Shown here: positions 53,014 through 64,000 of the stretch, piece by piece | Layout: every line of letters begins with the position of its first letter | How positions within the stretch are numbered: position 1 is the stretch's first letter | Assembly: GCF_006345805.1 (NCBI RefSeq) | Contig: NC_043005.1 | Coordinates: forward strand, 72,974,001 to 73,038,000 | Source of the DNA: Octopus sinensis | Lineage: Eukaryota | Length of the DNA stretch: 64,000 nt | Reading direction: 5' to 3' | Made by a program: the position numbers and the translations under genes | Notes under the pieces: model-generated | The model's input: only the letters and a program-made list of their open reading frames with translations | The model's database searches: none | Told to the model about the DNA's origin: nothing

Positions 53014-53470
53014 ACAGATACCTACATACACGCATATGTGCAGGCATAGTAGTATAGCAAGAAGCTTGTTTCACGACCCAATGCTTTCGGGTTCAGTCTA
53101 CTGCGCAACATCTTGGACAAATGTATTATGCCATAACTCTGGGCTGATCAAAGCCTTGTGCGGGAATTTGATAGACGGAAACTGAAAGAAGCTCATATGT
53201 ATGTGTGTGTGTCCACGCGTATCATTGCGTTTGTCCTCCAACCGGAACCACTGGACAACAGGTGTTGGTTTGTTTACGTGACTTTATCCTAACGTTTCGG
53301 CAAACGAGACCCATAAATTAAGTAGTAGGCTTTAAAAATTACGGAGTGGGGTCCGCTAAAACCCTTCAAGGCGGTGCCTCATTATGGCCATAGACTGTAG
53401 CCCAATGAGTGAAACAAGTTAAAGATGAAAGGTACACCTACACACAAACACACACACATGTATATATAAA

Positions 53471-53552
<82 letters not shown>

Positions 53553-53686
53553 ACTCTTTATCTTTTATTAAACTTTTAACTCTTTTGATATATATTTAAA
53601 ATAATATAAATTAAATAAATTTTATGTATTGGCTTATGTTTTTCATTGTTTGATTTGCCTAATAGTGGTTTTATTTCTAATTTAAC

Positions 53687-53745
<59 letters not shown>

Positions 53746-54356
53746 GAAATATGTTACAAAAAGAAAATAGAAACTGCACGTGCAAATGTAAGGGGAAAGT
53801 AAGAAAAATCAACGAAAATGCACATTGTAAATAAAAAAAGAAAAGGTGTTTTATGAAATGTAACGACAGATATATACAATTAGATGAACTGAAGTAGCAA
53901 TAAAAGTCATAAAAGTCATTATTATGAGATTATTAAAGAGATTCAAGCATACCGCGGTTTCGTCAGACAATTCATTGCTTTGAATGAAACCGGCAATATA
54001 TATATATATATATATATATATAATGTGTGTGTAAAGGCACGTGACCCAATGGTTAAGGTGTTGCCATTTCGATAGTTTGATTGCGGGTCCAACAGCTTGA
54101 TCCCGGACCTAGCGATGCATGGTGTTCTTGAGCAAGACACTTCATTCGGCATTTCTCCAGCCCATTCAGCTGTAAATGGGTCACTCTGTGGCGGACTAGC
54201 CTCACGATGAGTGGGGAATACTGGCCGGCTCGTGAAATTCTTTTTCGCACGTGAGTTCCGGACTCAATTTATGAACTCATTTGCATACAGCCATTCAGAG
54301 CTCAACCATCAAACTAATTCATGCGCGCATAAGAAGCGATGAACGATAAGATATGA

Positions 54357-54586
54357 AGGCGGCGAGCTGGCAGAGACGTTAGCACGCCGGCCGAAGTGCT
54401 TCGCAGTATTTCGCCCGTCGCTAAGTTCTGAGTTCAAATTCCGCCGAGGTCGACTTTGCCTTTCATCCTTTCGGGGTCGATAAATTAAGTACCAGTTACG
54501 CACTGGGGTCGATGTAATCGACTTAATCCGTTTGTCTGTCCTTGTTTGTCCCCTCTATGTTTAGCACCTTGTGGGCAATAAAGAAA
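54357..54586 (+). mobile_element. SINE family A (others at 55397-55790+, 57657-57995+, 58450-58636-)
   Basis: Family consensus match. Confidence 0.85.
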
Positions 54587-56487
54587 CAGATAAGATAAAA
54601 CCACAAGGGTAAGGAATGACCATGCTTCTTTTCTTTTTTAAGAATGCTTGTTGTTCTTGTTCTTGTTTCAACCATGACTGCCTCTGCGTAGTTATGTGTG
54701 GTTTTGTTTACTTTGTAAAACAGTAAGGAGTGAGGGTCACTAGCACATCACCCTCTACCCACATTTTTCTCATCCACATCTTTACCATATGGGGCCCTAA
54801 CAAAATCCGATAATAAGTATAGATGCAAATCTATCTAATTACTTGTCTCCTTCTAAAATTAGGCATAACTTGGCCAATCGATCGATTTACTACACCGTTC
54901 TTCGTCTTGCGTTTACTTGGTAGAGTGTGTTTCTTAACTTTACAACAAGGTCAAGGTGAGCTCTGATTGGCTGTGTGCAAACAAGTTTATTACTGGGGTC
55001 CGGAACTGTCGTCCAAAAAAATTTCGCGGCCGGCTCGCCCCAGCCAACGAAGGTGGAATCAGGTGAAAGCTAAAACGTTGCAAAGCGCATTGTAACCAGC
55101 AATGTACAACAACATCCGATACTTTGATCGATCAAGTGATCACGTGATAATATAATGTAAATAGTTTTCTGTTAGTTTCACTGAACTCGAAACTCATTGA
55201 ATTTTAGCATAACTGGATGAAGTGGTTACAGATGCGGGAATTCTCAATGTAATCCTTAAACAAAGTTAGCAAGACAGTGTGTAACAAAGCTGAGTTGCTG
55301 AATTGCAATTACAGCCACACCTAAGACTGTGTCTTTTCAATTTTACTCATAAAGTATAAGTCGACAGAGAGCTACGGAAAAAAAATCTCTCCTTAAAGCG
55401 GCGAGCGCGGGGCGAAATGCTTAGCAGTATTTCGCCCGTCGCTACGTTCTGAGCTCAAATTCCGCTGAGGTCGACTTTGCCTTTCAAACTTTCGGGGTCG
55501 ATAAATTAAGTACCAGTTACGCACTGGGGTCGATATAATCGACTTAGCACGTTTGTCTGTCCTTGTTTGTCCTCTCTGTGTTTAGCCCCTTGTGGGTAGT
55601 AAAGAAATAGGTATTTCCCCCGTCGCTACGTTCTGCGTTCAAATTCCGCTGAGGTCGACTTTGCCTTTTATCCTTTCGGGGTCGACAAATTAAGTACCAG
55701 TTACGCACTGGGATCGATGTAATCGACTTAATCCGTTTATCTGTCCTTGTTTGTCCCCTCTGTTTAGCCCCTTGTGGCAATAAAGGAAAAAAATATATCC
55801 TCTCTTGTTGCCTCGATGTAGAATCGAATCCCAAACATTATAATTACTAAATAAATTGCTCTTTATGACTACAGCAATTTGTAGAAAACAACAAGAACAT
55901 GCGTGTATAAATATATAAATATTTAATATATATTCATTGAATATAAACAGAATATGGTGTTGTTTCTCCTTCTTTCCTCTTCGTTCTGTTTCTATCACTT
56001 TCATCTTTCCTTTTCATTCTGTTACTATCATTTCCATCTCTCCGCTATCAATAGCCATAATTTAGTAATCTCCGACCACAATATCTGCAGCTATCGAGAA
56101 TAGCAATATGTTATTTATTTATTGCCAAATATGTTTGTTTACTTTGTTCAGTGGATTATAATCGGTAGCTTCATTCATTTGCCAGAAAATGAAAGATAAA
56201 TTAGTTTTAAACACAGTTCAGTGGAAATATTTACTTTTACACGTGCCAATCAACAATATAGTTTAAACATTTACACATTTTATGTATTGGCAGTGATTTT
56301 TGTTCCAAGTCGACAAATATTTCTCTTCGTGATTGCATTTTAAGAGTCATTTTTTTTCTTCCATTGTGTTGCTATTGCTGTAATTGCGATCTTTGTTCTG
56401 CTCTGCTTTCAGGTCAGTCTAGATTGATACGACCTATTATCAAAGGTGTTACAGCCGTGACAATCCATTTATTATTATTATTATTAT

Positions 56488-56698
56488 TCAGTAGTTTTAT
56501 TTTTATAGCGTGCTTTCACTTCACGACCGAGCGCAGCTCTGTGTGTCTTGGGTATGTGCTGTGATTTGTTGTGATGCTCTGATGGTTACTGTACATGGCT
56601 GTACTCAGCTGTACATGGCTGTACTCAGCTGTACATGGCTGTACTCAGCTGTACATGGCTGTACTCAGCTGTACATGGCTGTACTCAGCTGTACATGG
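56488..56698 (-). mobile_element. Dong-like 3' terminus followed by 20-bp minisatellite (gtacatggctgtactcagct, ~5.5 copies)
   Basis: 56488-56588 is the reverse complement of 2390-2483 and abuts an (ATT)n tract. Confidence 0.75.
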
Positions 56699-58637
56699 GC
56701 TCCAGCAATAGCTGGAAAGTTAAACCTGCAACGGCCAGGCGTACCATTCTGGAGTGGGTACCTGTTGTCATCTTAGTCACTTACACACCTTGGAAACCGG
56801 GATTACCTCTGGCTTTATTAATCCTAGGTGTTATGATTGGCCTAAGACTGACCAGTCAGTGATTACTTGATATTCCTTGTTTGAAATTGCAGATTTGGTA
56901 TGAGGAGGATTTGATTGCTATTTCTAGCAGGCCGAACAACGTAGATGAAGGGCTTGCCCTTGTGTCTGTTGATAAGCCAAATCACATGCACAGACATCAT
57001 TCTTAATTAAATCTGTCATAGGCAGGCCCAAGACCGGGTTATGAAGGAGAAAGGTAGTAGTCATGGAATTAGAAGCCCTGCTCTATCAATTTGCCTATTG
57101 CTATTGGAACAAGAGAACATATGAAACCAATCTTGGTAAGGGGAGGTAATCATCAGAGACTAAAAATGAAGCAATGTAATGAAAGCTGAAAGAGAGCTAC
57201 GATGTGGAACAACCATTTCTCACCATGGACAACCACTCACCTGGGTACACCAAACTTCACGACCATGTTCGAAACCGGAAGTGTGGCAGGCCAAAAGAAC
57301 AACATGGGAAAGGTCCGCACGAATTGAAGCACTTGAAGGTGGCTACGCCTGGAGATAACCGCAATCCAGTGCTAGGCACCCTATGCTCCAAATGGAGTCA
57401 AAGGGATTAAGGAGAACAGTTTATCGAATTGGGTTCCGTTTAACCTATATAACAAAGTTTATCTTATGGGGTTTAATTTGTTAGAAATTATGAAGTTTAA
57501 TGTAACGTTTCAGAATCGGTGTTCCGCTAGATGTCGCTGGGTGTTCCGTGGGAAATAGCAATAAATATTATGAAAATGCACTTTGGTCATTTTTGTGCTG
57601 TATCTTTTCTTTCTAAATATATCTATTGTACACGTATGACTATTACCTAATTTTAAAGCGGTTAGCTAGCAGAATTGTTTGCACCCTGGGTGAAATGCTT
57701 TGCGATATTTCGTCTGCCACGTTCTGAGTTCAAATTACGCCGAGGTCGACTTTGCCTTTCATCCTTTCGGGGTCGAAAAATTAAGTACCAGTTATATACT
57801 GGGGTCGATATAATCGACTTAATACGCTTGTCTGTCCTTTTTGTCCTCTCTGTGTCTAGCCCCTTGTGGGTAGTAAAGAAATAGGTATTCCGCCCGTCTT
57901 TATGTACTGAGGTCAAATTCCGCCCAGGTCGACTTTGCTTTTCATCTTTCGATAAATTAAGTACCAATTGAGCACTAGGAGTGATTTAATCGACTTTACT
58001 CCAAACCGAAAATGCCAAAATCTGAAACCAATTGTACTTAACTTAGGGAAATTCTTGCATCTGTAGAAATTAATGAAACTCTACGACAATGAAAGATTTT
58101 AAAGCATTGTGGGAGAATTTGGTTTTAAAGGAGGTCTTGCTTTAAATAACATTTTTAAAACTTTCTTCGTGGCGTCACATAGTGTTAACAATGCAAAACA
58201 AGTGATAGACATTTTTATTGTGAATTATTTTTTTTTATTTCTTCAGGTGTTTTAATCATTTATATTTGAAACTCTTCGGCATTACAACATCACGTGGATG
58301 GCTTCTTTTAGAATTGAAAATGTATTTTCATCCTTAATATGGTATCATGAATAAAAATGATAAAAAATAAATGTTGTCTACTCCAGATATTTATATTGCA
58401 CATTGAGACTATAAAAAATTTCAATAAAATTACATAATAATGGCTTCAAAGTTTGACAAAACGCTAGCAGTTTTAGGGGAGGTAGATAAATCGATTATAT
58501 TGCCTGCAGTGATACATATTTTATCGACCCCGAGAGGATGAAAGGCAAACTCAGCCTTGGCGGAATTTGAAGTCAGAACGTAACAACGGACGAAATTTTG
58601 TCCGGTGTGCTAACGATCCTGCCAGCTCGCCGCCTTC

Positions 58638-58698
<61 letters not shown>

Positions 58699-58706
58699 TG
58701 ATGATG

Positions 58707-58770
<64 letters not shown>

Positions 58771-59135
58771 TGATGATAATAATAATAATAATAATTCTAA
58801 CTGGGCCCCACCTGCAAGGTCATGTGCTGTTTATCTTGATATGAGATCACCATGTCGCGCACATATGGTTGTGATGCATGTGCCTGGTGTACCCTTATCA
58901 GACGGGTAGTCATGATGGGTATACTGGGCTTCGTATATTTACCCCTATGTCACTTTGATGGCATGAACTACTCTCTCACTCAATAATAATAATAATAGTA
59001 ATAATAATCCTCTCTACTAAAGGCAAAAAGCCTGAAATTTGGGGAAAGGATAAGTCGATTATATTGACTCCAGTACTCAACTGGTACTTATTTTATCAAC
59101 CCCGAAAGGATGAAAGATAAAGTCAACTTTGACGT

Positions 59136-59166
<31 letters not shown>

Positions 59167-59177
59167 TAAAATAATAT

Positions 59178-59545
59178 GAGTGGCTGTGTGGTAAGTAGCT
59201 TGCTAACCAACCACATGGTTCCGGGTTCAGTCCCACTGCGTGGCATCTTGGGCAAGTGTCTTCTGCTATAGCCCCGGGCCGACCAATGCCTTGTGAGTGG
59301 ATTTGGTAGACGGAAACTGAAAGAAGCCTGTCGTATATATGTATATATATGTGTGTGTCTGTGTTTGTCTGTATATGGTGATGTGTTTACGTCCCCGTCA
59401 CTTAGCGGTTCGGCAAAAGAGACCGATAGAATAAGTACTGGGCTTACAAAGAATAAGTCCCGGGGTCGATTTGCTCGACTAAAGGCGGTGCCCGAGCATG
59501 GCCGCAGTCAAATGACTGAAACAAGTAAAAGAGTAAAAGAGTAAT
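59178..59545 (+). mobile_element. SINE family C, near full length
   Basis: gagtggctgtgtggtaag head, gggttcagtccc B-box, CORE-like ttgggcaagtgtc, (gtaaaaga)n tail. Confidence 0.85.
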
Positions 59546-59903
59546 TTATTACTAATAAAAACAGTAACGATAGTACATCGACCTAGTACTTGACTAGGAA
59601 TTATTTCATCGATCCCTTTAAAATTCAGAGGAAAAGTCGACTCTGCAATATCTGAACTCAGATTGTAACGAGCGGGAAAAAATACCGCAGTGCATTTTTT
59701 TTGACACTCAAATGACTCAACCAAAATCTAGAGAAACGCAAGTGAGAGCTTTTCTCTATTAATCAAAGTAAACGCATAAGATGGATTTATCTTTCACTAT
59801 ATATTGTTTTCCGAAATCTTCAATTAATTCGTGTCAAGTGTCAAATCATTGAATCCATTCTGCCATGACCCCAGCACGAATCAGCTATTTCCGTAAGAAT
59901 AAT

Positions 59904-60308
59904 CTTTTCTACTCTAGGCACAAGGCCCGAAATTTTGTGGGAAGGAGGTCAGTCGATTAGATTGACCCAAGTTCGTAACTGGTACTTAATTTATCGATCC
60001 TGAAAGGAAGAAAGGCAAAGTCGACCTCGGCGGAATTTGAACTTACAACGTAGCGGCAAACGAAATACCTATTTCTATTTCTATACTACCCACAAGGGGG
60101 CTAAACACAGAGGGGAAAAACAAGGACAGACACACGGATTAATCGATTACATCGACCCCAGTGCGTAACTGGTACTTATTTAATCGACCCTGAAAGGATG
60201 AAAGGCAAAGTCGACCTCGGCGGAATTTGAACTCAGAACGTAACTGCAGACGAAAAACCGCTTAGCATTTCGCCCGGCGTGCTAACGTTTCTGCCAGCTC
60301 ACCGCCTT
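59904..60308 (-). mobile_element. SINE family A dimer
   Basis: TSD tatttccgtaagaataat. Confidence 0.85.
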
Positions 60309-61247
60309 TATTTCCGTAAGAATAATAATTACTAACATAATTACAAAAACACATGTGTGCAGGAGGAGTTTATAGATTAAATCAAGCATTATTTTACTGT
60401 TACTTTATTTTATTGACCCCGAAAAGATGCAATGCAGAATTGGCTTCAGCAGAATTTGAACTCATAACTTAACAAATGCTTCAAAAGATTTTGATTAACG
60501 TTGTGCTTTTCAGTCAGATCCACTATTCTCCTAGTCCCGAAAATTACCAACTCCTATATAACACATTTAATCAGAATAAAAATAAATAATTTCTTCCCCA
60601 ATATCATCTAATTTTTATTGAAAATGTTGGAAAGACATAAAATATAAACAAGGCAATACGCTATACGGGGTCAAAGCAATTTTATTTCTGTAAAGTAATT
60701 TGCATAATGAAGCTTGCTACTCTACTGGGAAATCTATGTTTTCTTTAGTGCACAAATGCTGGATTCGGAATTGAGCGTTAGTTAAACACGCACGGTACTC
60801 GTCAGTAGAAATTCTTTACTTTGCCAAAGTAGAAATTCACATAATGCAATTTATAAAAATAAATTAAGTTAGAACAGTTCTATATTTTACTGGTATTTGT
60901 ATTTACTTTCCTTCTGCCCTGGAAGAGCAGAAACATGAAAAGTGAATTTAATCATTTAATTAAGTTTTTCATCAAGGGTACGCTTTTTTTCTTTTCAGGC
61001 CTAAAACTATTCGGTTAAACTTTTCAGGCCTAAAACTATTCGGTTAAACTTTTCAAAGCCTAAACAATCGCAAAAACTCTGTAGGTAATTAGGTTTATTT
61101 TATCTTTAGCTAATTAGTTGTTGGGTGGGGTAAAAAAATATGATAGGGTTGATCATGACTTCATTCCCCGTGTGACAAATAGATAGATATATAGACACAC
61201 AGAAACATACATACATACATACATACATACATACATACATACATACA

Positions 61248-61745
61248 TACAGGGTGGAGCAGAGAGGACGGCGTTTTTGAGAAAATTCACAAAATAATTA
61301 ATTTTAGCTGCAAACAAATTTTATTAACAGCAATGTGTTTGTATTGAATTAGCATTTGTCAAAATCAAGTGTGGAAAAAAACATCCATCATATGGTCTCC
61401 GTTTTTATCGATGCATTTCTTAAAGCTTGTTCTACACGTTTCACATTTTTCGGAGTCTGTATCATTCGTGGTGCCTCCACCGGTCTCCTATTCATTACTG
61501 TACCTCGTGTACGAAGTGCATTCACCCAACGTAAAATTGTGTTACGGGTGAGAACAGCCTGATTTCGATGAATGTTGAAGTAGCTGCTGTCACAGATTCG
61601 TTATTCTTCACGTAACTGTCGTAGGCAATCATGCAGTGTTCTATCGTCCACAACGCCATGGTTTCACCTGAAAAGTCAAAGAAATGCTAAGACACCACAG
61701 ACCTAAGGGTACCTGTCAGACATCTGTCCCCCCACCCACTGGAGC
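61248..61745 (-). mobile_element. Internally deleted Tc1/mariner-superfamily element (DUF4817-like N-terminus)
   Basis: tacagggtg terminus; MALWTIEHCMIAYDSYVKNNESVT..RNTILRWVNALRTRGTV; C-term CIDKNGDHMMDVFF. Confidence 0.65.
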
Positions 61746-62205
61746 TGAGTAATAGCCATTTCTCTGTCCCTACCTTGTAGATAGATAGATAGATAGATAA
61801 CTTTCTTTATTGGCCACACAGGGCTGAACACAGAGGGGACAAGTTCAAATGTAGAGTTTTTCTTTTCGGAGATGGAAGAAAAAGGAAACAAATGTAAAAT
61901 TTCGATCAAAAGGGATCGGAAGGAAAAGGCGATTAAAAGGGATCGTGTAACAAGTAAGAAACAAGATTAGGTTCATCCGTGCAAAGAAAAGCCTTCAGAA
62001 AAGACCACGGTAAACTCAGGCAGGGAGGAAATAAACACATGAGAGCCAAGTGCTCTCTCTCTTTTACGATTTACAGGATCATGCTCAAAGAGGTTTCGTC
62101 ACTCGCACGCACCATCTTTGCTACATTCACCCACCTTTTTTGAAACTTTCACGAGACAAAACCTGCCTCTCCATTCTCATCTTCCTTTTCAGAGAGGTAA
62201 GTGTT

Positions 62206-62252
<47 letters not shown>

Positions 62253-62541
62253 AGAGAGAGAGAGAGAGAGAGAGATGGATAGATAGATAAAGCGAATGCG
62301 AGAACGAGAGAAGAGAGAGAGTTATACTTCGGCTCACAAGCATTAAAGTTTAGGAAACGAATCCGCAAATCAGTCAGTGTGTTAATCCGGCTGGTTGGCA
62401 GATTAATGTGCACTCGCCTCAAGTTCAAATACAGATTATTATATATCAATACATACGATGGATTTAAACACACGGGCGTTGGTGTGTGACAATAAGCTAG
62501 TTTCCCAATCACATGGTTCCGGGAAAAGTCCCGCTGCGTGC

Positions 62542-62636
62542 CACATTGGGCAAGTGTCCTGTTCCACAGTCTCGGGCCGACCGAAGAATTATGATTTGGT
62601 TGACAAAACTGAAATAAGAAGTTGTGTATATGTGTG

Positions 62637-62672
<36 letters not shown>

Positions 62673-62686
62673 TGTATGTATGTATG

Positions 62687-62717
<31 letters not shown>

Positions 62718-63129
62718 GTATGTATGTATGTATGTATGTGTATATATATATGTATATATGTATATATGTGTATATGTATATATGTGTGTATATGTATATA
62801 TGTATATGTATATATGTATATATATATGTATATGTATATATATGTATATGTGTATACATGTATATGTATATATATGTTTATATATGTGTATATATGTATG
62901 TATGTATGTACGTATGTATGTATGTGTATATATATATGTATATATGTATATATGTGTATATGTATATATGTGTGTATATGTATATATGTATATGTATATG
63001 TATATCTGTATATATATATGTATATGTATATATATGTATATGTGTATACATGTATATGTATATATATATTTATATATGTGTATATATATATGCATATATA
63101 TATACATATATATATATATATGTATATAA

Positions 63130-63161
<32 letters not shown>

Positions 63162-63416
63162 GTGTATATATATATATACATATATATATATTTATATACA
63201 TATATATATATATATATGTATATATATGTATATATATATACACATATATAAACATATATATACATATACATGTATACACATATACATATATATACATATA
63301 CATATATATATACATATATACATATACATATATACATATACACACATATATACATATACACATATATACATATATACATATATATATACACATACATACA
63401 TACATACATACGTACA

Positions 63417-63450
<34 letters not shown>

Positions 63451-63637
63451 CACATATATAAACATATATATACATATACATGTATACACATATACATATA
63501 TATACATATACATATATATATACATATATACATATACATATATACATATACACATATACATATATATATACACATACATACATACATACATACATACATA
63601 CATACATACATACTACATACATACATACATACATACA

Positions 63638-63673
<36 letters not shown>

Positions 63674-63763
63674 CACACATATACACAACTTCTTATTTCA
63701 GTTTTGTCAACCAAATCATAATTCTTCGGTCGGCCCGAGACTGTGGAACAGGACACTTGCCCA

Positions 63764-63768
<5 letters not shown>
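62542..63768. repeat. ~1.2-kb palindrome of SINE C fragment + TA/TATG microsatellite
   Basis: 62542-62630 is the reverse complement of ~63680-63768, and the microsatellite variants also mirror around ~63150. Confidence 0.9.
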
Positions 63769-63804
<36 letters not shown>

Positions 63805-64000
63805 AAATGGATAAATGAATTATCTTGTTACGGATTATTCAAAAGATAACCGGTACCTGGGTAGCAAAAATCACAACAGAAAAATCACGGTTGAGGTTAC
63901 GACCATGGGGTCTCAAACCCGTGCCCTAATGCGGAAATTTGAAGTTTATATATTTAGTGTAGGAAGAAATGGAGCTGAACGAAGATTTAACAAAATTCCT

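Noticed and set aside
58229-58360. Plus-strand acceptor followed by AATAAA (possible terminal exon)
   Set aside because: No recognisable coding content or upstream partner exon; such motifs are common in AT-rich DNA.
62189-63849. Long ORFs up to 499 aa (YIYI/MYVC), and similar ones at 13 kb, 15 kb, 18 kb, 35 kb and 38 kb
   Set aside because: Translations of stop-free TA/TATG/CA microsatellites.

Overview
AT-rich, microsatellite-saturated animal genomic DNA. The SINE/LINE repertoire suggests a cephalopod such as Octopus (inference). Most long ORFs are microsatellite artefacts. Real content: (1) a spliced minus-strand gene (~10461->5554) for a ~173-aa secreted precursor with signal peptide, RR/GKR processing sites and a C-terminal calcium-binding EGF domain, with a decayed EGF pseudo-exon in its last intron and a CRE-CCAAT-TATA promoter; (2) the EGF terminal exon and 3'UTR of a tandem paralog at ~16.4-17.4 kb; (3) many tRNA-derived SINEs and fragments of Tx1/L1, R4/Dong, RTE, CR1, mariner/Tc1 and hAT elements; (4) several unrelated (TA)n-embedded elements carrying type I hammerhead-ribozyme (HHR)-like motifs with palindromic stem III. 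These include a 6.5-kb array of a ~558-bp unit with 12 HHR copies that flips orientation at ~28573, and a core variant with a compensatory U3-A8 pair. Three HHR families share the same divergent inverted geometry, suggesting a Penelope-pLTR or non-LTR retrozyme system. There is a 100-N scaffold gap at 19894-19993. All alignments and folds were done by eye.
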